From: Lama guanicoe
Lineage: Eukaryota
Reading direction: 5' to 3'
NCBI GenBank assembly: GCA_013239625.1
Contig: MU054187.1
Coordinates: forward strand, 21,641,280 to 21,705,279
DNA: 64,000 bases
Shown here: positions 12,507-24,787 of the stretch, piece after piece
Position numbering within the stretch: position 1 is the stretch's first letter
Layout of the letters: the number at the start of each line of letters is the position of its first letter
Program-made: the position numbers and the translations under genes
The notes under the pieces: model-generated
The model's input: the letters and a program-made list of their open reading frames with translations, nothing else
Databases searched by the model: none
What the model was told of the DNA's origin: nothing

Positions 12507-14230
12507 GTAAAGTTATTATTTTTTAATTATAAAAAATACCAAGAGGCTATAAAAATATAGTGGTTAATTTAAACAGCTCAATTCTAAGAAAGAAATAGTA
12601 CATTGTTTTGCTATAATGTGTCTCTCTGTTGCTTTCATCAGATGGATAGAAATGCATTAAACTCTCTACAAATGTGGCTTTCCAACTTGGGAAAGCAAAA
12701 TATTTTCCAGGTGTTTACAAATTAAAACAAGTAAACATAAAATTGACATGGCTTAAGAACTCCACAGCAATTGCATTTTTTTAAGTGAACAAACATTTTA
12801 ATAGTCTACAATTACTAATTAAAACAGACCCTCACCAGAGAAAAAATTTGAAATCCAGGAAATATAAATTAAAATAAAGATTATCTGTAACCAATTACTT
12901 TGTATATACACACATGTGGAGATCACACTGCTAATTTACTCTTTTTAACTTTATTTTACTTAAAGTGTATAGTGAGAATTCATAAATATTATTAAATATT
13001 AATGTTTTTCTTGAATACACAGTATTCTATCTTACAAAATTTGACCATTTTCCAAACATTTTTTCACTGTTGGATCCCAGGATTGTTCCCAGTTTTTCAC
13101 TTTAAAATTTTATACTTATTGTTCCAATAAGCATCCTTTTATGTGGATCTTTGTGGGTTTCTCATTGCTTTATTAGAAAAAAATTTTTGAAGTAAACTTA
13201 CAAAGTGAAACAAATATTTAGAAATGTCTTGAGAAATATTGCCAAATTGTCTTCCAGAAAGGCTCTACAAATATATCTACCAGTGTGAATTAAAATGACT
13301 ACTCTTGGCATCATCATACCTTTTTACATACCTTTAGATTTGTGGAAATCAAGTTTCAGTGTTAGAATTCACTTTTTCTTCAATTTCTAATGGGAGGGGA
13401 GAGTTTTGCAAATGTTCATGACCATTTACATTTCTTCTTTGAAAGACATGTAAATATTTTTCCCAGTTTGTTGGATTTTACAGTTTTTCTTCATAAGATT
13501 TTTAAGACTAGAAGTTTAATACCTGTAGTATCAAAGTATCAATTTTCTAATTTTTCATTGTTTTCATGCTTAAGAAGTCTTTCCCCATCTCAAGATTTAG
13601 ATAAATATGTGTCTATGCTACTTTCTCTAAATCTGTATTGTCTTACTTTATATTTTACTTTTTAATACACATGAATTATTTTGAAGAAGTTGCATAGTGT
13701 GAGTTAATAATATAATTTTCTATTTTCCAAACAGTTAAACACCTATGTCAGTTTCGGTGTTGGCAATATACACTCAAGTTTAAGCCAAGGTTTAATTAGT
13801 GTAGAGACTTAATCCGAGGAGTAAAAATAGCAGGAGAGTCTATCCTAAAGTCCTGGGATGTTGTGACCAGTTAAGCTGTTCCAAACCTTCGTTAACACCT
13901 AGTTATAGTTCTACAGTGTTGGCCGTAAGGGAAAGGAAGATTTGTTCCAGCCCTCCTGACCTAGAATCCAGGTTTTCTGAGTTGTTTTCTTATCCAAGAG
14001 GCTCATGTTGAGTATAACAGATATATAACTTTGAAACCCAGAAATTAGCACCATGCTGTTGCTTCTACAATCAATAGTTCACCAAAGACATAGTAAATAA
14101 ACATTCAACAAAAATGAACTCTTGCTGCATGCAGTCATTTCTTTTTCTTAATACATGTTAACATTGATACCACTTTCAAAGGTTATATAATTCATCATTT
14201 TTTATGAGTGGCTTTTTTTTTTTTTTGCAG

Positions 14231-14362
14231 GAGAGCTGAAAAACCCTAGTGTGACTATCCCCAAATGTGTGATTACTGCACTTACCCTTGTGGCACTGAT
14301 CTACTTACTGGTTAATGTTTCCTACATAGCAGTCCTGACTCCAAGGGAAATCGTATCCTCAG
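14231..14362 (+). CDS. SLC7A12: SLC7A12-like exon 2
   Basis: Poly-T tract + GCAG acceptor; (G)ELKNPSVTIPKCVITALTLVALIYLLVNVSYIAVLTPREIVSS; donor G|GTATG; 132 nt, phase 1-1. Confidence 0.92.
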
Positions 14363-14539
14363 GTATGGTGACACAGAAACAGAGGAAAGATACTCCCTGT
14401 TTCATTTCTCTGAATAAAGGGAGTTTCTAATATACAGTGAATCCTTTTGCACACTTTAAGAGAATTATGCTAAATTGGCTCATGTCTGGGTTATTGATTG
14501 ACTGATTTAGAGAGAAAAGTTTAAAAGGTCAAGCAATAT

Positions 14540-15050
14540 CGATAATATTCAACAAGAATATGCTAAACACCACAATAGGACAGAGATTGTCACACTAGAT
14601 AAAGTCATCAATCCAACAATATGCTGCCTAAATACACTTTAGAGTCAAAACCACAATTAAATATAAGTAAAAGGATGGAAAAAGACATACATGCAAACAG
14701 TAATTGAGAAAGCTAGAATAGTGACATTAATAAGAGACAAATAACTTTAAGACCAAAAAAAAAAAGGTCCTAGAGACAAAGAAAGGCATTTTGTAATGAC
14801 AAAGGGCCAAAGGACAAAAAAGATATAACAATTATAAATGTATACACACCTAATAACATAGCCCCCAAATATATGAAGCCATACTAATGTAACTGAAAAG
14901 AGAAACAGACAATTCAACAACCACAGTTGCAAATGTCAATATATTACTCAATAACAAGATAGAAAATATAGAACAACATAGAAGATCTGAGCAGCACAAT
15001 CAATCAAACTGATCTAATTGTCATTTACAGAGCACTCCCCCAAACCTAAG
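14540..15050 (+). mobile_element. L1 ORF2 endonuclease-region fragment (intron 2)
   Basis: AAAGGATGGAAAAAGACATACATGCAAAC, ACACCTAATAACATAGCCCCCAAATATATGAAGC resemble L1 EN coding sequence. Confidence 0.8.
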
Positions 15051-15312
15051 NNNNNNNNNNNNNNNNNNNNNNNNNNNNNNNNNNNNNNNNNNNNNNNNNN
15101 NNNNNNNNNNNNNNNNNNNNNNNNNNNNNNNNNNNNNNNNNNNNNNNNNNNNNNNNNNNNNNNNNNNNNNNNNNNNNNNNNNNNNNNNNNNNNNNNNNNN
15201 NNNNNNNNNNNNNNNNNNNNNNNNNNNNNNNNNNNNNNNNNNNNNNNNNNNNNNNNNNNNNNNNNNNNNNNNNNNNNNNNNNNNNNNNNNNNNNNNNNNN
15301 NNNNNNNNNNNN
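15051..15312. other. Assembly gap inside intron 2 of the SLC7A12-like gene
   Basis: Run of N. Confidence 1.
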
Positions 15313-15899
15313 AGCCTGGCACCATGGATGCTGGCAATGGAGACAAAGACAATTTATTTTTCATAACAATACCAGTAGCTAAAATATCATTTTTATGCTG
15401 ATTCCTCAAACCTCAATTCCCACAAGACAAAGCAAAAAAAACCCAGGTGATACTTCCAAATGAGTAGAAGATCACCAACCTCAGGGAATCCAAATCTTTT
15501 ATAGTATCTTTTATAAGACTTCCTTCAGGACGAGGGTCCCAGGAATGGCTCTGAAAGACAAAAGATCAATATTGTCTTCTCATTCTTGTATTTCCCAGAG
15601 TCTAAAAGTTCCCTCTTGGGGACCCACAATTTCCACTATAAGACGACTTAGCAAACAGTGTACTCAACAAAGTGGTCATTATCCTTATAATCTAGGACCA
15701 CAACAATACAACAAGAGAATCCAGGTACATGAATCAGAATTAATTTTGCATCCTCTTGGCTTCCTTTTGGCGAGAGGCTATACCACCAGGTGAGATTGAG
15801 GTTGCTGTGTGAGGAAAAGAAGAAACAAAACCCAGCAGTGATCAGGAAAGCCTCCTGAGTTTCCAAAATAGGTCCATATAACTTCTTATCCTATTTTCC

Positions 15900-18650
15900 C
15901 TAATCATCACCACAGAAGCAGCCATGAGTGGATGATCACTTCCTAGGGATGGTTATATTCAGTGACCAGACTACCTGACCAAGTTGTATGGACCAGAAGA
16001 ATGCGAGGGAGGCAAAGTCAGAAATATTTTTGTGTTCGTTTTTGAGGAAGCCATACAAACACTGAACAATATCAGATGTCTTCAAATGGTAGATAGTAAA
16101 GATACATTGAAGATTGATGGGGTTTTGTGATAAAAGATACACAACCCCTCAGGGTCTTCTCTTTACCCTTCTAGAAAAAAAAAACGTACACAATTGTCAG
16201 ATTTTGAAACACATAACACAGATTAGTTTCAAAGGTCACAGTTGTGTGGCCAGTGTGGGCTGATCAAATTGGAACAGCCAATTTGATCTGAAGAAGGGCC
16301 ACTCCCAGGAGAGAGTCAAAGGTGCCATGTGGTCTGTCTGCCAGGAGTGAGCAGGGACAACATCTTGTGCAAGTGGCCTCCCTCACTGTGAACAAATGGT
16401 CAAATCTTGGCAGAAGTCACAGTGTGGTATTCGGTGTTAGCCTCTGTAGCAAAAATACGGAGTCCTTGTCCTTATGTCAAGTATGTGATGGTAAATGCAT
16501 TGCCACATCTAGAAAGATGATGAATTCAGACATCAATCATGGCAATCTGGATAGCGTAATAGCAATCAATAGTTTGATTCCAGTTACTCCCAACAGGGGA
16601 GGGGCTCAGTGGACAGAACTTAAAGCTATCTTCCTAACCATGGCCAAATTGATGAACTTTGCTTTATTTTTAATGACTTGAACTATTGCCAATGGCCTGG
16701 GTGTTTGGTCTGTCACTTGGAAAACTACAGACTAGGGCCATAAACACTGGAAACAAATCACAGCTGCTGATTGAACAATCTGATGATTGGTTACCCATTA
16801 CTGAGTAGAATGTCTGTTTTCCACTCTGTGTAGCTGGTGCTGAGGTTAACAGCTGTAGCCACCTACTGGGCACCACAGGGCTTGGCTTAGCTAAACCATC
16901 AGTGGACCACACCCAGACATTTTCAGGAACCCTTGTGAACAGAGGGCCCCACTGAGCCAGCAGCTCTGCTTCAGTCAGCAGACTGGGATATAGCTCACAC
17001 TTTTTCATGTGAAACCAAGACGCCACTGGGCCAGGCCAGCTATGTTCTTGACTATGCCATTTCCCCTAGGTAGGAGAGATCTGTTGGGCTCTTTACACCT
17101 TGTTAATAATTAAGTCCAAGTTAATCAAGCTAATATTTTTTTTCAGAAGGGGTATACCTGGTACTTGTGTCATGGAGGAAACAAGTCAAAAGCCTCCAGG
17201 GCCACCTCCAGCTATAAAGTGCCTCTCTTTGCCAGGGGATACAATAGGAAAAATCATCAATCACATAGACTTTTAGGCCAAAGGAGTAATTATCTCTGTG
17301 AATCCCCAAAGGTAGAGAGTGTGCCACAGCTTGCTGGGCAGCTTTCAGTATAGCTCAATATAGTATGTTCCTCTACTCAAAGGATATCAATCTGTGAATT
17401 AGCTGATACAGAAGACCAAGTAGAATGCCCAAGTGAGACACATGCTATCTACAAAACACAAGGAATCCATAAGGTGCTGGATCTCCTTTTAGTAGTAGGG
17501 GACCAGAGACAATTTTTATTCTTGACTGCCAGAGGGACATAGTGTTGTGATTTTACCTACACATGTTCCCAAGAAACCCTACTTGGCAAGCAGTATCCTA
17601 AATTTTGTTGGGGTTCATCCTGTTGGTAGAGGTTTAATAAAACCAACTCAGGTCTGTTTAGACTGCGGATTCTGACTGGCCAGCCAACTGTACATGAACG
17701 TTACAAAGTAAACTTTGGATATCAGAGGGCAGAGGCACTCTTGAAAAATTATGAACACCAACTGGTGGCAAATAGCAGGGGAGTTTAGGAATCCTAGGGG
17801 AATACTGGGAAAGTATCTTGCCACGATTCGTCTTGGTCTTTAGGAGCAAGTGGGGTAGAAAAGAAGTGTTGGCAATGTTTTAGACAGAATACCAATGACA
17901 TCAGTTGATACAGTGGTTTCCATTGCAGTCACAAGTTCTGGGACAACCAGGGCTACAACCGACCAGTTCAATCAGGAGCAACAATTAATCAGTTGGTAAT
18001 AATCCACTATAAAGCTCCAGCTCCCAGTAGTTCTCGTCACTGGCCATACAGTAACAGTTATATTGAGATGTTGCATCTTTTACTCACCCTGCTGCCTTTA
18101 AGTTTTCAATCAGGTTTGTTAGGTCTCTCCTACTGAGATATTATATTGTTTTGTTGAACCACACAAGGAAGGAGGAGGAGAGGGGTTCGGAAGGAACCTA
18201 CATGTCCCATTAGCACTCTCTACATGCATCTCTACCTGAACAGGGGAATCACCTCTGGACTCTTTGATCATTCATAGTCCAAGCATCTAAAGTATCAATA
18301 CCAATACTATATTCAACAGTGGAAGTCATGAAAATATACTGCTTTGAATTGGCCCAAAGGGCTTTATTCACAAAGGAACGTCTGTGGATAGAGGGCTTCC
18401 CTTCTGTGCTATGAACTCTACCCAATACCCCTTTATTGAATCTAGCCCTCAGTCCACAGCACAGGGTTTGCTGATAGCTTGGGAACCTGTATCCAAAAGC
18501 CTCCATAGAGTTTCCCAGCATACTTGGATGGTATAGCCTTTAGGTCAGGGAGACCTCAATCAGACCCCTAATTACCTTTCTCCTGAAGACACCTGAAGTT
18601 GAGGAGGAAAAGGGTGGAAGGGAAGGCCATGGGAAAAGAGAGAGTAGCTA
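15900..18650 (+). mobile_element. Degenerate ERVL-like internal sequence (pol RNase H remnant at ~16590-16740)
   Basis: Peptides GGAQWTELKAIFL and TIANGLGVWSVTWK match the ERVL RNase H motifs SSQWAELRAV / AVANGLAGWSGTWK as recalled; outer limits uncertain. Confidence 0.55.
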
Positions 18651-18699
18651 TGTGCCCCTAAGATACATTGTTTTAAATCTTAAATTAACAAAACTGGCC

Positions 18700-19285
18700 T
18701 CCAGAAGAAATAGAGTATCTGAATAGATCTATATTAAGAAAACAAATTGAATGAATAATTTAAAAATCTTCCCACAAATCAAATCCCAGGCTCCAGTAGC
18801 TTCACTGACGAATTGTATCAAACATTGAGGAAAGAAATAATGTCACTCCTAAACAAACTCTTTCACAAAATAGAAGAAAAGGGAACACTTCCCAAGGTGT
18901 TTCATGAAACCTGTATTTCTGTGATATCAAAGCCAGAATAATTCTTTTCACAAAGAAAGAAAGTTACATACAAATGTTACATACAACACGTATTGCTCTA
19001 TGAACTACAATGCAACAGTTCTTAAAAACATTTTTAAATTGAGTCCAGCAACATACAAAAAGGATTATACAACATGAACAAGTGAGGTTTATCACTGGTT
19101 GGCTTAACATCCCAAAATCAATTAATGTTTTACTGTATTAACACAACAGACCAAAATCACATTATAATAGTAAGAGATTCATAAAAGGCATTTGACAAAA
19201 TCCAACACTCATTCATGATTTTTAGAAAACTTAAAAAAAAAAAAACAGGGATGGGAGGGATCCTCCTCATTTTGATAAAGGGCGA
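18700..19285 (+). mobile_element. L1 ORF2 RT-region fragment (intron 2)
   Basis: AAGGCATTTGACAAAATCCAACAC (KAFDKIQH) and AAACTCTTTCACAAAATAGAAGAAAAGGGAACACTTCCC. Confidence 0.85.
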
Positions 19286-19409
19286 CTTCAGCCTACAGCA
19301 CCAGTCCTTTGCCTTTGCTACAATTACCTTTTAATATTTGTTAACTTGGTTGATTAAAAATACTATGTCAGTTATATAATTAGTGGCTTCTCTAATTGTT
19401 TTTTTACAG

Positions 19410-19771
19410 ATGATGTTGCGGTCACCTGGATGGATAGAGTAATCCCTTCCATGCAATGGGCCATTTCAATTGGTGTTTCTTCCTCAATAGTTAGCTCCCT
19501 TAACTGTACCGTATTTTCAACATCAAGGTTGTGGTATATGGCAAGCCAACAGGGCCAGCTACCTTTGATCTTCTCAACTCTCAATATCCAGTCCTGTCCA
19601 ATTGTAGCTGTGATTCAGATGCTCATCTTTGCCTCCATTTTAATTATACCCTCAGACTTAATCCTTTTAATAAACTACATGGGGTTCACAGACTGGATTC
19701 AACTTGGTCTGATGATGACAGGCTTGCTTAAACTGAGATACCAGGAGCCCCACCTGTCCAGACCTTATAAG
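19410..19771 (+). CDS. SLC7A12: SLC7A12-like exon 3
   Basis: TTTTTACAG acceptor; DDVAVTWMDRVIPSMQW...LRYQEPHLSRPYK; donor AAG|GTAAAT. Confidence 0.92.
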
Positions 19772-21478
19772 GTAAATCAAACCCCCCAAAATAAAAAAAT
19801 TCCCTTCATCTTTCTAAGACGCCTTTTGTACTTTTAGTACTTTTTTTCTCATATCTGCACATAAAGTCTTTCTAGCCCATGGTCAGACCATTTTAGGAAT
19901 ACCCAATCTAGAGAACAGATTTTATACTTACTGGCTCATGAGAGTCTTAGACCATTTTCAGTTTGAAATCTCAGGAGAGAAAGCACTGGACTGGTCCTTG
20001 TTAGAAAAGGCAGAGGACCCTTAGGCTTTTTTATATTATAATACAACTAGTGAAATTTGAGTCGAAAGGGACCGTACATGGGGTGTCCGATGTTTATACT
20101 AGGTCTCAGTGGAAGTGATTGACCAACATCCAGGGCCAGTGATTCCGAGTGTCCTCTGAATGATACTACTTTAGATGGCATTGTAGGCTTGCCCAGGGTT
20201 CTTCAAGCTTCTCACCTCAAATGTCTATCAGTGTATGAGGCTCCAGCTTTAATGGCCAATGTAAAAGAGCTACACTCTAGACATTTGTGAGGAGTGCAAT
20301 CACAAACTCACTCATCTCTCAGAAGCTTAGCTCAGAGGCAGGACATCTATGGAAGACGGACTGAGGGATCAGCATTCTGCCTGTTCCTCAAGCCACCAAA
20401 ACCTTTCTCTATGTGAACTACATCTGAAATGCTTCACATAAGCTGTTGGAAGATTTTTTTTCAATTCTAATTGTCTACTGTAGCCCATTCATCTATATTG
20501 CAGATTTACCCAAACCACCTCTGGCAACTCATCCCTGTACGTACTGCAAGGAGATTGATATATTTTTATGTTGTACAACTGTCTCTCTATGTAGAGTCAT
20601 TGAAGAGAATTCTTTCTAATATTTGTATCAGAAATACTTGTGTTTCTAGGCAGATTATTTAGTTTTCTTTACAGATACTCAGGCTTTGTAAGACCATGTT
20701 TCCCTCAGGCTAGAAAGTTTTAAGCTGACTTAGTGGTTAGTCATTAACTTGTAAATGCATGATTGCTATACAGCATTTTTTATTGTTAGGCCTATGTGTT
20801 TTTTTTAATGTGTTTTTTAACTGTGTAACAAGCAATCTTTACTCTATCAATGAACCATATTCTAAAAGCATTCAAGGGGCCCCTTTTACAATGTACCTTA
20901 CATGTAAGGGAAAAAGAGTAACAGAATTCCCACAGCCATACCTCAGCAGTACACAAAGGTAGAGGGTAAGCTAGAAAGTTAAAAAAAAGAAAACCAACAC
21001 AGTTTAGAGCTAAGATTTTCAAACTCTCCTGTGAAAAAGAATAACTTTGAAATGTCTTTCATAAATTCAGACTCCTGGACATCATCCCTGGCAACTCTAA
21101 TTCTTAGTTTGAGGACCAGAAATCCATATTTCAAAATAGAAAAAAAAGGAAAGATAATGATAATCTTGCATCTGAGCCATTTAATGATTCAATAACTACG
21201 TACTAAGCAGCTACTATGAAGGGTGGAAGGCACTCTTCTACACACTTTAAAGATGTGTAGATAAGTTGGCCATTAATAACGCCATCAACAACTTCATAGT
21301 CTAACAGGGAAGAGAAGATAGTTACACGAGATGCAGTAATAGGCAATAATGAGCAGCATTTAACTGAGGATTCATTGTTCACAGGTACTGTGCTTTCATT
21401 ACATATTTAACTGTATGTGTTTGTTTATTCTTTAATCGTCCAAATTACTTTGAAAGATACATTCTTAAGGCCCATTTT

Positions 21479-21612
21479 TAAAAATTCTTTTTTAAGGGGG
21501 AGGTAATTAGATTTTTATTTATTTATTTTAATGGAGCTACTGGGGATTGAACCCAGGACCTCATGCACACTAGGCACATGCGTATACCCCTGAGCTGTAC
21601 CCTCCTTCCTTC
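21479..21612 (-). mobile_element. tRNA-derived SINE (camelid type) with 12-bp target-site duplication
   Basis: GGGGATTGAACCCAGGACCTC (B-box, reverse strand); TSD AAGGCCCATTTT at 21467-21478 and 21613-21624. Confidence 0.85.
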
Positions 21613-21713
21613 AAGGCCCATTTTAAGGGAAAAGTGAGGATCAGAGAAAGTGAATCCAAACTCTGTGGTCCTTTTATGCTAAAAATGTGCCAAAATGAAT
21701 TATATATGGGTAA

Positions 21714-21771
21714 TATATTAGGTTATAAATGGATACTATATTAGGTTATAAATGGATACTATATTAGGTTA
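21714..21771. repeat. Perfect 23-bp tandem repeat, 2.5 copies
   Basis: TATATTAGGTTATAAATGGATAC x2 + TATATTAGGTTA. Confidence 0.95.
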
Positions 21772-22172
21772 AGGTGCAGAAAACATTCATTTTGACATTG
21801 CTTGAAGATAGAAAAGATAGAAAAATTGGGGGTGAAAAAATGCTTTATGGTAACAGTATGGAATGTTTCATACTGTCTTCATTCAAGAGACCTGAATGGG
21901 CAAGCAGCATGGACTGATGAAAAACTCAGCGAGTTTCAGCAAAAGGATAAAATTACTGAGTAAAAGCCTTCCGTTCTGCTATTTCACACCCCAAAGAGAC
22001 TAGCAGCAGATTATTCTCGCTTATATAAACCTCAGGAAGACCTGGTAAAAATTTCTTATCAATGAAACCAACTTCCTCCCTGTTAAACAAATGTTTGTAG
22101 ACAAAATGTTTTACATTATTGTTTATAATAACCTCCAAGTCCACTCTAATACAAATTTATGCTTGTTCTCAG

Positions 22173-22466
22173 GTACGTTTGCCATTTGTATTCGGAACCA
22201 TAGCCATGTCTTTGTTCTTAGTTTTGACACCAGTTATCAAGTCTCCTCAGATGCACCATATCTACATTCTTCTGTTTATCCTCAGTGGACTTTTGTTTTA
22301 TTTGCCTTTTGTTCACTTCAGTTTGGGTTCTACATATTTCAACAAGATAACTTGCTTTTTACAGTTACTATTCAATGTTTCACCTGCTGATGACACTGAT
22401 GAATATATTTCAACAGAAGAAACTCTACAGAAAAACCCACCTGAAACTCCAGCAAAAAAAGAATAA
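22173..22466 (+). CDS. SLC7A12: SLC7A12-like exon 4 (terminal coding exon)
   Basis: TTCTCAG acceptor; VRLPFVFGTIAMSLFLVLTPVIKSP...ITCFLQLLFNVSP...AKKE-TAA. Confidence 0.92.
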   Translation, partial: VRLPFVFGTIAMSLFLVLTPVIKSPQMHHIYILLFILSGLLFYLPFVHFSLGSTYFNKITCFLQLLFNVSPADDTDEYISTEETLQKNPPETPAKKE

Positions 22467-22651
22467 GTTGTGCATATTGGACGAATGACTGATTTATTAA
22501 AAGCATCTTTCTTTTTCAAGCAGAGGAATACTCCTTATATATGTATACGTGTGCTACGCATGTAGAACACAACCAGCACAAGACGCTTAATGCCCGGAAC
22601 TTTCACATCTTAACTCTCCTTGTTCGTAACTGAAGCCTTTTACTTCCCCCC

Positions 22652-22657
22652 AATAAA
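22652..22657 (+). terminator. Probable polyadenylation signal of the SLC7A12-like gene
   Basis: AATAAA ~185 nt after the stop codon, followed by a GT/T-rich tract (gtttatttgtg) ~40 nt downstream. Confidence 0.6.
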
Positions 22658-23669
22658 GCGTGCTGATCCCAGTCCTCCGAGGCTGGAGTAGATGTCCCGT
22701 TTATTTGTGCATTTTCTGAGCTTATTATGTCACAGTTCACACTTGTTTTTACTTGTCTATTAACTTTTTTTCCCTAAAGACAGTGAGCTCCTCTAAGGAA
22801 GAGATTGTTTCTTATTCTTTTTTTTTTCATTATAAAAAATTTCATTCACTTAAATTTGTATACACACCCCCAAGACAACTGTGTAGATAAGAACAGACAC
22901 CTTAAAAAATAATGTCTGATGGATGGATGAAGGAATAAGTAAACGAACAGCAGCTGTACAAACCTCTAAGTGGCATCTCCCTTGATACTTTGCCTCAGTT
23001 CGGGTTCTTTGCAGCACCTCAGAAATATCCCATCATTGATTGCAGCTCTCTGTTTTGGCGTGACTGAGGCTGGAATGCTATATAGAGATAGCACCAAAGG
23101 ACAGCCTACACAATCTCTTACCAATTATCTATCCTCTTTCACACCTTAACTGACTTCTCTGAAACTGCTTCTGTCAATATGCCCTTAACGGGGTTAACAT
23201 AAATGTCCCCATTTGTATGTATCACACTGGATACTGATGACTGGACATCACTATTCCAAACATAATTGCAAACCACTTTTAGTGATAGCTTTGAAAGGAT
23301 TCAAGCAAGATGAAAATTAAATCCTAGAGAAGGCAAAAAGGTACCAGAGAACCTAGGCTAAGACAAAAACTTTTGAAGACAAAATTGGATCTAGCATATA
23401 TATTTGGACTAGCTTACTACAGGAAAAAACACATGTAGTCTTGTAATGACCTAGTAAATGATTAATAAATCAGAGCCCATATCTTCCTTTCAAATGTTGT
23501 CTCAGTGAGGTTTTGGACAAAATGTGTCTGGCAAAGAAATTCACAAATAGCAGGTTTCTGAAGGGCAGACAGCCTATATTCTGTTTGGAAGTTGATTCAA
23601 ATGCTCTACAATGCAGGCCTTTGAGTTAAATTTTGATGTTTTATATAATTATAAATAAAGAGTCTGTTG

Positions 23670-23870
23670 AGATTTACAAATGTTAGCCACTATATATAAA
23701 AATAGATTTTAAAAAGTTTCTGCTGTATAGTACAGAGAACTATGCTTATTATAATAACCTTCAATGAAAAAATATGAAAATGAATATATGTATGTGTTTT
23801 CATGACAGGGACATTGTGCTGTACACCAGAAATCGATACATTGTAACTGACGGTACTTCAGTTTAAAAAT
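23670..23870 (+). mobile_element. 5'-truncated L1 3'UTR
   Basis: Close match to the 10425-10650 element. Confidence 0.8.
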
Positions 23871-24689
23871 AAGGACTCTGGTTTGTAGAACACGAGTCAA
23901 AGGAAAACATGACATCTAACACTTTCTGCAGACGCAAAATACCTTACAGGCACAAGACTGGCTGACTACAGATGGTCTTGTAGATTCTGGACATCCCAGG
24001 AAGATAAATCTGGCTGCTGTGCATGGGACAGATAGGACTGGATACACCAAGGGTGCCACTCTAGGAGAGAGACCTGATAGCCCGCCACCTCACACTTCTA
24101 CAGAGCGGTTGGGAAAGGGTAAGGGTCATCTGTGTAGAAGGACTCTAAACTTGGCAGCTGGTGACAACGCAGCAGGCATGAGCAAGTACAAACTACTCCC
24201 AAACACAAACTAGTTTATTACTCCATGGTTCCTCGTCATCCTCAGGTCTCACTGGCTTATTAAAAAGAAAAGGAGATGTTTAGGGTTTATATGGAATAAG
24301 ATGTCCAAAAGAGGCATTGTCCCTTTCAATTTCCCTTTAAACTGCCTTTAAGGAGGCACTTTCCAGGTTTCTGATACATCCTCTGCTGATCAAAGTCTCA
24401 TTCCACCCACAAAGAGCCAGCACATCCTTTCCGTGGGGCAGTATCCAGTAATCCTCAATCAAGACAACTGAAAGCCCCCAGCCAAAGGGTAGGCATGGAA
24501 ACAACATCAAAATAGTAATCATGACCCAAATCTCTCAGTCATCAGTAACATTCATAGTCCCACAGCACAAAAGAGGAATTCACTTACTGTGGCCTTTCTA
24601 TAATTTAAGAACAGTAGTCATTAAGGATTCTATGTTGGTAAGATTAACATTACATGATATTCTCCACCTTTTCAATACACTTGCATTAA

Positions 24690-24747
24690 ATGTCCATCAA
24701 TAGATGGCTGGATAAAGAAGTTGTAGTATATAGAGATATAGATAGAT

Positions 24748-24787
<40 letters not shown>

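Larger units (their letters stand above)
11822..22466 (+). pseudogene. SLC7A12: SLC7A12/SLC7A13-like heteromeric amino acid transporter light chain; 4 exons, 490 codons, one premature TGA (12497-12499): recent pseudogene, null allele or sequence error
   Basis: Exons 11822-12506, 14231-14362, 19410-19771, 22173-22466 (685+132+362+294=1473 nt) splice in frame via GT-AG. APC/LAT motifs IIGAGIFVAPKGV, AELGTTFPRSG, GELKNP, RYQEP..RPYK. Sits upstream of LRRCC1, as mouse Slc7a12 does. Exact orthology is uncertain (see findings). Confidence 0.85.

Noticed and set aside
16262..16288. Short perfect hairpins (also ~33080-33100 and ~60407-60430)
   Set aside because: 10-11 bp stems are expected by chance in 64 kb of AT-rich DNA; no ncRNA context.
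22485..22524. SECIS-like pattern (ATGA-N10-AA-N22-GA) in the 3'UTR that could recode the TGA at 12497 as selenocysteine
   Set aside because: The two arms of the would-be helix II (CTGATTTATT vs TTTTCAAGCA) barely pair, the position is not a conserved Cys as far as I recall, and no SLC7 selenoprotein is known. SECISearch3 would settle it.
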